Under the pieces are notes generated by a model. That model was not told the DNA's origin, ran no database searches, and saw only the letters and a list, made by a program, of their open reading frames with translations. A stretch of 61,938 bases of DNA, counting the filler, from Basidiobolus ranarum (lineage: Eukaryota): assembly GCA_040143965.1 (NCBI GenBank). It is 6 parts of 6 records of this genome, joined end to end, with 100 filler letters (N's around TTAATTAATTAA, not from the genome) between each part and the next. Parts side by side here need not be neighbours in the genome. Positions count along the whole stretch, not along the records: positions 31,082 to 41,323 come from JASJQH010007602.1; positions 41,424 to 51,634 come from JASJQH010007603.1; 4 more parts are not named here. One strand, written 5' to 3'. Position numbers and translations under genes: made by a program. Of the stretch, positions 38,876-51,734 are shown piece by piece. Each line of letters begins with the position of its first letter. Position 1 is the stretch's first letter.

Positions 38876-39127
38876 ATGTATTTCCCGCATATACTCTTAC
38901 TAGTAAGCTTATCATTGACCTTTGTCTTTGGTATACAGCTTCCATTACCCGAGAAGCCACTTGAGCAAAACATAATTGACCCCTACAGAGCTTGTGTAGA
39001 GAGTCATGGCAACAGGGAATATTTCAAAATTGCCTGTAACTCATGCAGATGTCTATCCTCTGGTGCGGTTGCTTGCACAAAAATGGGCTGCCATATCCCC
39101 AGCCCAGGAGATGAAGCAAACCATTAA
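38876..39127 (+). CDS. Small secreted pacifastin-like (I19) serine protease inhibitor
   Basis: Signal peptide plus C-X13-CNSCRC-LSSG-AVA-CTKMGC. This fits the pacifastin pattern C-X9-12-C-N-X-C-X-C-X2-3-G-X3-6-C-T-X3-C, with the first loop one residue longer. Confidence 0.75.
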   Translation: MYFPHILLLVSLSLTFVFGIQLPLPEKPLEQNIIDPYRACVESHGNREYFKIACNSCRCLSSGAVACTKMGCHIPSPGDEANH

Positions 39128-39681
39128 GTACGGGGCGACACGTCCTAAGGAAAAGCATAGATTATTGGACACTTTACTGGTCATTACTGTACGATAAATA
39201 GCTGGATAAATAACTGGACGTAATATCATATGCATTCAATCACTAGCAAACATTTATAACCGTGGTCATTAACCTAGTAATTTTAATATCGGTTTAGCCA
39301 AGATAAATTGTTTACCGAAGAATTTTTTTCAACCATTGATGAATAAAAAAATTTCGAGGATCCAGCCTGGAAAGTTAGGGAAAAGAAAAAAAGAAAAAAA
39401 AAGTGAATTTTGATGTGACGAAAGAAACGGAAAAGAATTAGTCGACCACTTTGCAAAGTATCGAACTTGGTTTTCAAAGGGTTCTTTTTATTGTCTGACA
39501 AAGTCACTAATAGATACTCTCTTTTTCACCTTTTCTTGTTGAATTCCATTTCAAAGGTGTTTGAAGCGCAGTAAACTTTTCACTCCCTTTGTAGTACCGT
39601 GTTTGAGCCATACATTCAACGGTGACCTAAGTAATCTGTCAACGCAAAAATTGTGCCATTATAAATTAATTTGTATCCATA

Positions 39682-41323
39682 ATGCCATCAACTTTCAATA
39701 CCGTTGACCGTGAGCAACTTTTCTCTAACCCATCGGAGACCGGATTTCAATATCCCGCCCTTCAAACATTGGTGGCTCCTCATTTGGAGTCATTCAATTC
39801 TTTATTCGAAACCAATCTCGAAAATAATGTTGGCTTGATAGATCTTGCCATTCGCGATATTGGGGAGAAAGTCATTTTTGATGGCAAAGGCGAGGGACCT
39901 GAAGGATCGCTAGCTAAAGGAAACCGTCTTTCATGTATGTTATGAAGGTTTTCTTATTGCCTGGAAGCGTGTTTCCTTATGACCTTATTAAATATAAATG
40001 TTTTCTTTGAAATTAGGCTGGATCGAGGAGGTTCAGATTGGTCGTCCTACTCTTCCTGAGAAGGAGCACCGTTCCGTCAATAGATTGATCTTCCCTACTG
40101 AGGTATGTGTGTTTTTGTCTAACTCTACAATCATTGTTATCTGACGTATGGTATTTTTATAGTGCCGTGAACGCTTCACTTCATACAAAGGAAAGATGCA
40201 GATCAAATTCTGCTGGCGCATTAATGATGGCCCAGTCAATGTCGAGACTAAATCTCTTGGACAGGTGCCCGTTATGGTTAAGTCTTCCAGATGTAACTTG
40301 TATAAGATGACTTCCAAGGATTTGATTAAACATCACGAAGAATCCGAGGAAATGGGTGGATATTTCATTGTCAACGGTAACGAAAAAATCATCCGTTTGT
40401 TGATTGCTCCCAAGCGTAACATAGTGTCTGCTCTTATTCGTCCTTCCTTCACTAACCGTGGTGCTGCATATACTCATTTCGGTACTGTGATTCGTTGTGT
40501 TCGTGCGGACCAAAGTTCCCATACCAACACTCTGCACTATCTTAATGACGGTAGTGCCATGTTCCGTTTCCATTGGCGCAAGCAGGAGTATCTTATTCCT
40601 GTTGTTCTTATTCTGAAGGCTTTGATCGACACTTCTGACAAGGAGATATTCGAGGCTATCGTTCAAAACGATTTTGGAAACACTTTCTTAACTGACAGAG
40701 TGGAGTTGCTTCTTAGAGGATTTAAGAGATATTCCTTGTTTACTCGCACCCAGTGCCTTGAGTATCTTGGTGATAAGTTCCGTATCGTTTTGAACTTGCC
40801 TCCTGATTACACCAATGCCCAAGTCGGAGAGGCCCTTCTACAGAAGATTGTACTTGTTCACTTGGACGATAATAGAGACAAATTCAATTTAATGCTTTTC
40901 ATGATTCAGAAGCTATATGCTCTTGTATCTGGCGCTTGCTGTGCTGATAACCCAGATTCCCCTCAGCATCAAGAAATTCTTCTTGGTGGTCACCTCTACT
41001 TGAACATTTTAAAAGAAAAGCTTGAGGATTGGATCGAAGGGTTCAGAAGACAAGTTGCTTTGGATGTTCGCAGAGGTTTGAGCAGCGTCAACTTTTTTGA
41101 CAAGAAGTATATCGTCAAGGCTTTGAGTAAAGTTCCATCTGATATTGGTCAAAAGCTTCAATACTTCTTGGCTACTGGTAATCTTATCTCGAATACTGGT
41201 CTCGATTTGCAACAGCTTTCTGGTTATACTATTGTCGCTGAGAAGCTTAATTTCCTTCGTTATATTTCTCATTTCCGTTGTGTACATCGTGGTTCTTTCT
41301 TCGCCGAACTTAAGACAACTGCT
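39682..41323 (+). CDS. RPA135: RNA polymerase I second-largest subunit, 5' part (partial)
   Basis: Motifs APHLESFN, PTECRER, PVMVKSSRCNL, EEMGGYFIVNGNEK, DNPDSPQHQE, YFLATGNL and AEKLNFLRYISHFRCVHRGSFF. Introns at about 39936-40016 and 40103-40161. Confidence 0.96.
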
Positions 41324-41423
41324 NNNNNNNNNNNNNNNNNNNNNNNNNNNNNNNNNNNNNNNNNNNNTTAATTAATTAANNNNNNNNNNNNNNNNNNNNN
41401 NNNNNNNNNNNNNNNNNNNNNNN
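41324..41423. other. Artificial contig-joining spacer
   Basis: N run with TTAATTAATTAA. Confidence 0.97.
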
Positions 41424-42650
41424 GCCTAAGCACCTATATAGTCTTCTATAGCTTAGTACTTAGTTATCTTATATTTCACTAAGATCTTATCCATTATTCC
41501 CAATTGGAGTTTACTTACAATACATATACCAACTTAAAAGTTCTCAATTATATAGATTCTTCAAACTTGTGCTGGAAGCCTCAAGGCTTTGTGCACATGT
41601 TTCAGGGTCCTTCCCTAACACATTCTACACTTTAGTTTGCTCACATCTTGACAAAACAATAAATGTCTACTATTGACTCAATAAATTAACAAGTCAAAAC
41701 CACCAATTTCTCTAGTTTCTCTAAACCACTTCCAACAGGCTCCCAAATACTTCAACAGATAGTTTGTAGCATTTCATAGTGGGAACATAGCCAGACTTTG
41801 CATATTCTCTGGGAGATATGAGGCCATTTCTATCATGGATCTGATTAAATCAAAGCAGTTAATTGGATTCCAGATATTTGACAGGTACCATCAATGTGTA
41901 CATAAAATAATATATTCTGGATCAAACTTTGATCTGATGGGATGTTTAGGTGCCAAGTGGTGAAGAGATATTGAAGACAGGAAATCTACAATTGGATAGT
42001 TATTTCTTTGCTGCAATGGAGCTATTTCTTGGAATGCAAAGAAATAACCTACCAAAGCACATTCAACTACAGAGGCAGAATACATGCCTGCCTGTGAAGC
42101 ACCAAAAGAGGGACTATGGTTAAGAAAATTTGTAACAGTTTTAGCCTATTTTTGGATTCATCAATTACAATAATTTAAGATAATCAAAGTTTTAATAAAT
42201 TAGCTAGAAATCCCAAGTTCCATACTATAAACAAACACACAGATATTAGAAATCATTTTATTAGAGAGACTATAAAAGATAAGTTTATTTTCTTAATCTA
42301 TTGTTCTACAGAAGACATGATAGCTGATGTATTAAGCAAACCATTTACAAGACCAATATTTGAGAAAGCTGGACCTTCTTTAGTATTAGTATAAATGACT
42401 GCTGAGTAGAGGGAGAGGGTTAAAATTATCAATGCCTAAACACCTATATAGTCATGTTTTGCTTAGTATCTAGTTATTGTATATTTCACTAAGCTATAGG
42501 CCATTATTCTGAATTAAAATTTACATAGAATACTTTTTCCAACTTGGAAGTTCTGAAATATATGTATTTTTCAAACTTGTGCTAGAGGCCCCATACTTTG
42601 AACGCATGTTTCTGGGACCTTCCTTAATACATTCTACATGCTAACTTACT
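41424..42650 (+). mobile_element. Decayed Ty1/copia LTR retrotransposon remnant (RT C-terminus and RNase H between LTR-like direct repeats)
   Basis: About 41750-42395 reads, through stops and frameshifts, DRKSTIG*LF..NGAISWNAKK*PTKAHSTTEAEYM...DNQS...NPKFH..KHTDIRNHFIRE...YCSTEDMIADVLSKP. Purine tract at about 42404-42418. Diverged direct repeats start at 41424 and 42434. Confidence 0.85.
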
Positions 42651-43234
42651 TACCTCTTGAGAACCCCCAACTTCTCTAATCATCCTGACCACTTTCAACT
42701 GGCTGCTAAAAGCTTCAACAATATCATCCACTATTCTCAAGAGGAACTTACTATCTTTGGCTGTAGCATTTTACTGTCTAAAATGGTAATACTGGTGATG
42801 AAGTTGAAGCAAAACTGTAGTATGCTTTTTGGAGCACATCAATAATTAGGCGTTAGTGCTGAATAAATTATCATTATTTAACATCTTAGTTACCTTAGTT
42901 CTGATACATATATCAGAAACAGAAAGCAACATATCTATAGCCCCTATATTCTAATTAGGAATATCTCTATATCTATAAACTAAGTATGTCTTATTACCCC
43001 CACCTTATCTATTATATCTTATTACACAAACTCCTGAGTACCTCAAACAGTTAATTTACTTCTCCACTATATAAGTCACCATATTCTCTTAAGAATGAAG
43101 TAACTAAAAGCACTATCATAAGTTGCCTCTAATATACAAAGTCTATTGCCATTATGTCAAGATCCTCCAACAGCTAGTTTAGTTGACTTTGAAGTTTTGA
43201 GTGCAGCACTTATAGCCAAAAAGATTGTTGAGGC

Positions 43235-43560
43235 ATTTTGGGAGTTGTTGGAGGTGATTTAGAGAACTAGAAGAATTGGTGGTTTTCACTTAGTGATGTA
43301 TTGAGTGTAAGTTGAGATTTATACCTTTGTCAACAAGTAGATAAATCAACGTGAAGGATATGTTTAAGAAGGACTCAGCAATATGTGTGCAAGGTTTGGG
43401 CTCTCTTGGACAAGTTTGCGAAAATTGTATAATCCGAGAACTTCCAAGCTGGTAAAAATGTAGTAGGTAAATTCCGAGTGAAGATATTGAACGATAACAT
43501 CGTGAAGTGTAGGTAGCTGACTATATGACTACGTAAAACATGATACACATAATAATGCTG
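43235..43560 (-). mobile_element. Inverted, diverged copy of the LTR-like repeat
   Basis: TTTAGAGAACTAGAAGAATTGGTGGTTTT, CAAGTTTG and GAACTTCCAAG are reverse-complement matches to segments of 41424-41740 and 42434-42650. Confidence 0.55.
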
Positions 43561-46500
43561 GTGATGTTTTCTTTCTATATCTTTAATGAAAAATAATTCA
43601 GGTTTGGTTTCTTCGACTTAAAGACCCTATTCTCCTTTGCTAAATGGAATAAAGCAGCATATATTTTGTGGATATGTTGTAGGAAGGTAGGGTTAATGAT
43701 TATAAAATCGTTTACACTATCTTCAGAGTGGTAAATATTACTTCTATCGGTATTTTATTGGTGCTTCTTATTATCTTGAATATTTATCATATCTAGTCAA
43801 CAAAAGATTCCTTGCCAGTCCATGATAATAGCATATATTCAAACATTCCTCACAAACCTTGTTTTATATTAATATACTAAGTATACATTTGGACTCTGGT
43901 ACACTAGTCAGACAGCAGTATATTTATGTAACACAATTTACCTTGCATAAAATCCATCGTGTAACTACTATCAGCAGCAGGCCAACACATGTTGATGCTT
44001 CTGAAATAGTGATTCGTGTAATGGAAAGATACAAATAGTGCGAGTAACATAACTCAAATGCGAGGTGGAGCCATATAGATCCTTTGGTTTACAAATACAG
44101 TTGTAAAATGACTCACAACTTTAAACATAACCAACTAATCACAGCCCTCAGTCTATATGTATGATGCTAATGTAATACTCTTCCACATCTGTTAAAGAGA
44201 TATCCGAGGCTATTTTATGAAGTTTCGATCTCGAGAAGATATATATAGATGTATCAACCGGTGGGATCTATCATCGGTTTTGACTATGCTTAGTATACGC
44301 AACTGATACAAAGAGACAATGCTTGCAACAATAAACTATGAACTATTGTTACTGGTTTGTGGTTTGCGGTGTATATCATAGGTTAACGTATGTGGAGTAC
44401 CATAGTATTTGAATTCCTGGAATTTACCAGCTATTTAGGGGTTTCTGAATAGCCCACTGAATCTGTTCTAAACTGGGACCATTTCCTATATATGCATGAA
44501 TTAGGGTCGAAATTAAATTAAATTCTATAATATGCTGTTCACCATAAACTATAAGTCAGACAAGTTCTTGACTCAAAAATTTACAACAACGAAAGTGGCC
44601 CCCCTTGTTTCCAAGGTTCAGGAATGCCAAGAAATCTAAGCAAATAACGTGAACAAATTTATGATTGGCAATCATTCAATGATATCTAACGTAGTACAAA
44701 TCCTTCACCTAACTTTACTTTCATTTTCAAGGATTCTGGTCGGAAAGGTAAATTTTAGTGAGATACTTACTAGTATTATTCCTGTTCAATAGCTCATGGC
44801 AAAAATACCATTCTAATATGATCTTTCGCTTTTTATTGATCTTTCACTAAACCAACATTCAGATCTAAAGGAATGGATACACGTATATTGTGCTACTGAT
44901 GACCTGATCCTTGTGAATATTTTGGATTATCGCTTTTATAATTGGCGAAATATAGCCATATTTAGGGGAAATTGGCATTGGGGAGCATATTGTCTGATGT
45001 GGCTGATAGATTCAAGTGAACAAATTCACTAAGGCTGGGATGCTGTTCAATAGTATTCCTTGAAGATGTCCGTGCTTGACTTCCTGCTCTTGATACAACT
45101 GTCACCATGACCCTTTATACCATGGAAGGTGCGGTAATACCTTGCGATTTAACCTTGCCGGAGATTTAGTCCCGGTGTGGGCTGAACTAACTTGATACGA
45201 AATCGGTGCTACAAAGGTAACCTTCTACTTTCTCACCCTATGGTTGGGAAGTGTAATGGTTGAACACTTCAACTCGTGATGGGTGAGATAGCGCTTTTAA
45301 CTGTTCAACATCTAGAATAGTACTAGTATATAAATAGAATTAGAATTCAGTGGATACATATGGATATATCTAGAGTGCATGCACAAGTTAGGCTCGAATC
45401 CCGTTTCAATCCAATTTACGAGGTAAAATCGGGCTGACGATAACACCTGGATTCATTCGCCCACCAACTGTCACCAATTTAACTTTACCCTTTGTACACT
45501 GTAATGCACGACTGGTATTGATATCCAGATGAACATTCCCATTAGTATATGGGATGCTGACTAATCCAGGACACTTGACTTACTCTCACTTCATTGGCCA
45601 ATGGAAACAATTGTACGCTATGGATCATTTGAGCTTAAAAATATCCCGGATCATTGGATCGGGTAGAGTTAACTCTGGCCCTGGCCCATCGATCTTCAGG
45701 CTGTGTGAAGGAAAGGGGGTGTTGAGTTATGCATTTATTTACAGTTCTATTCGCAGCTCTACCATCCAATGGTGAATTCAGGTCTATATATATATTTCAA
45801 GGTTGGCGCAGTTCAAGCACGAATAAAGCCAATCCATCCTTGGCCAATTTCTACCATTTATATCTACCTCTGTATATTAAATGCGGAGTTGAAGCGAAGA
45901 GCGAAGGGTAAGGAATGAGTAGTCCCATGTAGGAATTTCCCAATTAAACCCTGGCATCAGGAAGTGTAAGATCTCGATTGTCTCATAGGGGTAGTAAAAC
46001 TCTATTTTCCCGAGGGAGACCCACGGCATCAACCTCGATTTCATGGGCTACCGCAATAAGTTAGAGACATCTAATAAACATCCAGAACAGCCTTCTCAAA
46101 CCAAGTAGGGGAAGGGGTTAGCGCTCATGTTTATCATAAGGTTCCATTTAGCAGCATCTCCATAAGTGGGAATGGGTGTTTGGTTGCCTATGGATGTCCA
46201 CTTTAATAGAGCCTGGCTTTGATGTAGGAAGCATTTCAACGAGAAACCCTATCTGAGCTGGATGTTTTGGCCTGGGCAAACAAAGATACTTCTGTCTCAC
46301 CTCAGTTAAGAAAGTTGTGATGAGACTACCTCGGGTGAGATCTTACGTGACTAATTTAGAAAAGACTGGATTTCTGGGGGAATCGGTCCAAAATAGGTTA
46401 AGTCACTGAGAGTTGACAGGATCAATGTGAGGATGCTCAAGCGTACGTTTAAGGGATTTAATCGATTTAGCTAGCCAATGAAACGAATTCCATATCAGCC

Positions 46501-46781
46501 AGAGTTCACTTGTTAGCTGGGGGCTATCAGTTCTTTTAAAAAGGAGATCTCCTTGAATTTCTCATCTCAGGTCGCTATTTTCCTTTTTCACTGGTAAATT
46601 CCCAATCCTGTTACTATTTTTACAACGATTGTGGACCAATATACTTGGGTTTATTTCATTTCTTTGACGAGGCAACTGCTTTTGGGAACTAGGTCATTAT
46701 TCTACTAGAGATATTTTCTTCTTTAAGTGGGTTTAGGAATCACTTGGAAATAACTTGTCTTCTCTCTTTTTTTGAACCGCA

Positions 46782-47747
46782 ATGACCACCATGGAGACTT
46801 ATTATGGTGTGATTGAAAGCATCCAGGATGCTTTGCTAATCTTCGAGGCTTGTCGACTTGGCTATCTTCGGCGAGTCCAACGTCGGCTAAGCGATAAAGA
46901 AAGACAGAGTTTACGCTCTGGCTCAGTGTATGTTTGGGAAGAAGAAGAAGCGGGAATGAGACGTTGGACCGACGGACGTACTTGGTCTCCCTCTCGAGTT
47001 CATGGAAGTTTTCTCACTTACAGTGAACTGGAGGGAAAGCGTAAATCCGTTAAATTAACTGACTCCCCGCCGATGCCCTCCATGACTGGAAATTTTATGG
47101 ATTTAGAGGTGGATAATGGGTGTCTGATAAAACAATCGCTTTCGTGTACTACAGCTGATCATAGGAGGCTTCATTTAGTTGCATATTATCGCAAGAGTCA
47201 ACTCTCTGTAGATAAAACCCCTTCTCCTTCGAAGGATCCATTCTTTGCTCAAATAGTTATCCCGAAAGGGTTGTATCCCGACATGACTGACGAGTGGCCG
47301 GTCAGTTTATCAAATCCCACAGGTACTGATTTTGAGAAAGAACTGCAACGCAATCTGGCTCAACATCGTAGAGATTCCCCCCTGAATTCTTCAACTCACT
47401 TCACAGATTTAAAAATCAATATTGCGCCCAACTCAAGAGCAAGTGTGCCTCCCATCACTTCAGAAATTAAACGAGAGGATACTCTATCGAAGCGAAGAAC
47501 ATCAAGCCCCACTTCTGAGTCTTCAATCTTTTCTAACTATAGAGGGGATGTCAATCTGCGAATTCCGAACCTACCCGGGATATCTTCCATTTCGCCCACT
47601 AATATAGACAAAGCGAACTCTAGTCAGAGCTATAGAACTTTGCCTCCAATCGCAGTGCCCTACCTTGATATGCGCATTGAATCTGCTCTACATAGTGAGG
47701 ATCGACGTCAATTATCGATTTTAAGTCACTCATTTACTCGATTCTGA
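46782..47747 (+). CDS. Gti1/Pac2 (WOPR domain) transcription factor
   Basis: Motifs METYYGVIESIQDALLIFEACRLG, LRSGSVYVWEEEEAGMRRWTDGRTWSPSRV, LIKQSLS and LHLVAYY; C-terminal SEDRRQL. Confidence 0.95.
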   Translation: MTTMETYYGVIESIQDALLIFEACRLGYLRRVQRRLSDKERQSLRSGSVYVWEEEEAGMRRWTDGRTWSPSRVHGSFLTYSELEGKRKSVKLTDSPPMPSMTGNFMDLEVDNGCLIKQSLSCTTADHRRLHLVAYYRKSQLSVDKTPSPSKDPFFAQIVIPKGLYPDMTDEWPVSLSNPTGTDFEKELQRNLAQHRRDSPLNSSTHFTDLKINIAPNSRASVPPITSEIKREDTLSKRRTSSPTSESSIFSNYRGDVNLRIPNLPGISSISPTNIDKANSSQSYRTLPPIAVPYLDMRIESALHSEDRRQLSILSHSFTRF

Positions 47748-50480
47748 TCTATTTTCGTTCTGAGGTTGCTCTAGAAGACATGCAGAAACGGCATGTCCTC
47801 ACTTTACTTTTCAAGGGCTATCTCCATCTCCCAATTTTATTATTTAATCTCACTAGTGCAGAAAGGACGTCTGCTGTGTTGTTTCTATCGACTTCCATTC
47901 CAATACCTTAATCACACGATCAAGTTTTGCCAACTGTTCCTGTGTGATGAGAAATCTTGATCTATGCTTGTTGTGTTGCTCTAAATGTAAGATATTTCCC
48001 GTCATCGGCCCACTTGTACTCACACACACACACTATAGAAGGTTGACCACTCTCCTCGTATGTTCATCTTCTCTGGTCAACATGTTATCAATTCACTTAA
48101 TCTCTTCACTTGCACATCATCTTTGTAAATAAAGCCTCTTTATTGCTATCCATCACAAGAATCTATGCGATTGGCGATAACCATCACGGATATAATAGGT
48201 TGTACAGTATTGGTACAGTTACCAGAAATAGTTTAACACGACTTCCCACACAGGCGATAGATAATATATGAATCTATGATGATTGGCTACATTTCCAGTT
48301 CAATACTGGAAAACGAGAGTGTTGGGGAGAAATTCATGGCAATTGAGAATCTTCATACTAACCTTAACAATAGAATCTAGCTTAGCTTTCCTGCTGCTTA
48401 TCTTGGCTACCGTTCGAGCAACTATGGAATCAGATGACTTGAACTTTTGGCAACTCTCTCATCCTTGGGAACACAGACACTGACACTGACTCTGACTCTG
48501 ATGACCTTAAAGGGTAAATGACTTCTTATGGCTGGGATAAGGCTATTCTGGAAGTGCTTATGTTGAGGTACAAAGACAGGGTTGAGATTATTAACGAATT
48601 GCATTCACTAATGACAGTATTGAATATTGGAATTGATAATCATAGTAAGATTCTCGTTATATTCTTTGACATTTATGGAATAGGGATTACCAACGTCCGT
48701 TCGCTTTGGCGTTAGGGTTACCTAACCTCCTCAATTGAACGGACTCTCCCATTTTTCTTTAAAATATTTTAATGAATGGATATAATTATGCACATGGTAA
48801 TGCTATAATGCCTGTTGGTAATCAAGAATGAGTCACTTTCCTCCTTTAGGGCCATTATCATTAAAGAGATAGATTGAATGAGGTTATTTTTGACAGAGTA
48901 GAACTATCTCAAGTGAATTATTAAATCAAGTAATGATTTGAAGATATATATAATGTGTATACTGAATATGCCAATGAGTAACGTCCGGATATGTGGGCTC
49001 AACATATACAATTGGTGCTCAGTTGGCATAGAGGGAAAGCAGCATTCAAAGTATTCGCTATACCGGTAGGATATGTTATCTTAGGTAGTGATGTATATAG
49101 GCTGTTTTGAATTCTATAGGTTGTAGATCTACATAATTGCTACAAGTGTTGAGTTACTCTGTAAGAATTTCTACGAAGATATGTTTCATAGTCTATTACA
49201 CCTCATCCGTTAATAAATCCAATTCGTCTATGTATCTTGGGTGCTTAGAATCAGAACCAGTTACTTGGTTGTATTGGTGTAGAAATGTCGACTGTGTGTG
49301 TATCGGAGCAAATTATAGCCAAGCTCCATCTGGTAGCGAGTAGGGTGAGCTCACTACGGGACATCTATAGGATATGACCATTGGTGCTTGAAGACCACTC
49401 CATAATTGGTAAGTTTAATTCCTGATATTAAAATCCTGATCGTAATTACGATGAATCTAGATTAACACAAAATCGAATTAGAAAGGGGGCCAATCATGCA
49501 TAGAGTCACTGGGTGATTGGATATTCACAAGTAATTACTTCCTTGTCGATTAGATAGCAGGCCACCAATCCTTTCTCTGGTCTCAGACCTGGAGTAAACC
49601 AACTTTCGGGTACCATGAATGTGACAAATACAAACTATTGGAAGTGAGCCATCCAAATGTATGCAGGGTAACCTATATTTATATGTATACATAGATATGT
49701 ATTTTGCAAGTTTAAACTGAATCAACCATTACTAAATACATCGCTGTCAACATTCCACTTCACGCCTGAATACGAGGCTAATTTTGGTCAGATAATATTA
49801 TTGAGTTACGTTGTTTCAATGGGTACTTTGTTATGAATATTTATTATTGAGAACTTGGATACCTCCGATGTTGGAATATTTCCCTATGCATCGCCAAGGC
49901 TAAGGTTACTTCTTCGCTCTCGTACATTTGCTCAGTTTATGTTCGTTATAGTATTTTTGGACTATGACGTAACGATTGAGTTACGTGTTTCATCAGCTTG
50001 TAAACATCGAACTATTCACACAGTCTTCCATCCACTCTAGAGAGCAATATGGCCTATCAGCTTGGTATTAAGGGCTAATAGGATTAGATAAAGTGGCGGT
50101 TTTACCTTAGTGTAGAGATATCTTTTATTGGTTGTGACAGGTTAAGCCCTATGGATATGCCTTCAGGTAACAATGATTTCTCACCTTTAAAGATTTGCTT
50201 TCGTAAGGTACATCTTCAAATCAATGAATAATTGAATACATACTTGATCTATTTATCTTCATTTCGGGCTTATTTAAGTAATAAAATCCAATTTTAATTC
50301 GAGGTTATTGTCACCGAACAAATTCTAGTGACTGTTCATGCGGAAACAATGACCTGGCAATAGATCTTATCTAAATATTTCTCATGAAAATTACTTGGTT
50401 ACATCTTGGGTACGTCAGGTGTAAATCAGATACACTCTTTAGGGCAGACATCCGTCTTAAACATAATTCGAATCAATTTC

Positions 50481-51150
50481 ATGTCGCATAGCTCACTTAA
50501 GAATAGGATAGTCATCGTCACTGAAGGAACCAAGAAGCTAAGAGGTTTTGTTGATCGAACCTCTGCGGCTGAAGGAGCAAAGATGGTGGTTCATTATCAT
50601 AGTCCAAGTGCTCAAGAGGATGTTGATAGCACAATTGTGGCAATCGGAAATAACCGAGGCGATGAATTCGAGTTATAGGGAGATCCTACCAAGGTCTCTA
50701 AAATAGTTCATTTATTTGATGCAGTCATTGAAAAGTATGGCCGAGTGGACATTGCTATCAACACCGTTGGAAAGGTTCTTTACAAACCTATCACTGAAGT
50801 AACTGAATAAGATCACCATAGTATGATGGCAGTGAATTTAGAATCCCTAAGAAATTAAACCAGAGAGGAAAAATCATCAACATCGTTACGTCCTTGCTTG
50901 CAGCGTCCATCGAATTCTATTCCATTTACGCCGGTGTTAAAGCCCCGGTAGAGCATTTCACTCGCACTGCAGTCAAAGGGTTCGGTGACTGTGGAATTTC
51001 CGATAATGCTACTCCAGGATATATCTTTCTTCCATCTTGAGAAGAACGCATGTATGAGAAGCTCATCAAAATAGAGGACATTGCGTCACTTATCAAATCC
51101 TTGGCTACTGAAGGGTAGTGGATTACTGGGCAAACAACCTTGACCAAATA
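50481..51150 (+). pseudogene. Short-chain dehydrogenase pseudogene of bacterial type (PRK12744-like)
   Basis: Reads MSHSSLKNRIVIV...VVHYHS...L*GDPTK...YGRVDIAINTVGKVLYKPITEVTE*...GKIINIVTSLL...FYSIYAGVKAPVEHFTR...IEDIASLIKSLATEG*WITGQT. Several stops, deletions and a degraded Rossmann motif; no introns. Confidence 0.85.
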
Positions 51151-51634
51151 GAATCAAATCGGTAATACAGAAGATTTAATGAATTCAAATGCAGTCACAC
51201 GAATAAAAATCAATCAGATTTAATATTGTCAATGGATATCTATGAGGAAACTCAATCAAATAGCTAATAATTATGGGACAAATAGACTTTACGGATAATA
51301 TGGTTATAGACGATACAGTTATGATACAGATGGAAGTGTTAGGGCACTACCACCATACGTAAGATTGCAAGTCTTGTCCGAGAGTTGTGTTCGGATTTGA
51401 AGGTTGTTGATATTGGGCTTTGTTGAATCCGGTAGATATAAACCAAGCAATGGGTATAGTCATGGTACACTTGCCCAGATTGGCAACAATCATAGGAGGA
51501 ACAGATATGTGATGTGGAAGGCGGTGGAGAGCAAAGTGCATTATGAATGATGAACTTCAAATGAATTCATCCAAAGGTTATATACAATCAGACATGATGG
51601 AACAAACCGTGTGGATCCTTCTGGCCATCTTACA

Positions 51635-51734
51635 NNNNNNNNNNNNNNNNNNNNNNNNNNNNNNNNNNNNNNNNNNNNTTAATTAATTAANNNNNNNNNN
51701 NNNNNNNNNNNNNNNNNNNNNNNNNNNNNNNNNN
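51635..51734. other. Artificial contig-joining spacer
   Basis: N run with TTAATTAATTAA. Confidence 0.97.

Noticed and set aside
45385-45415. GGCTCGAATCCC resembling a tRNA T-loop
   Set aside because: No acceptor, D or anticodon stems can be built around it.
51339-51634. Short ORFs at the end of contig 5
   Set aside because: No recognisable family in any frame and no convincing splice structure.
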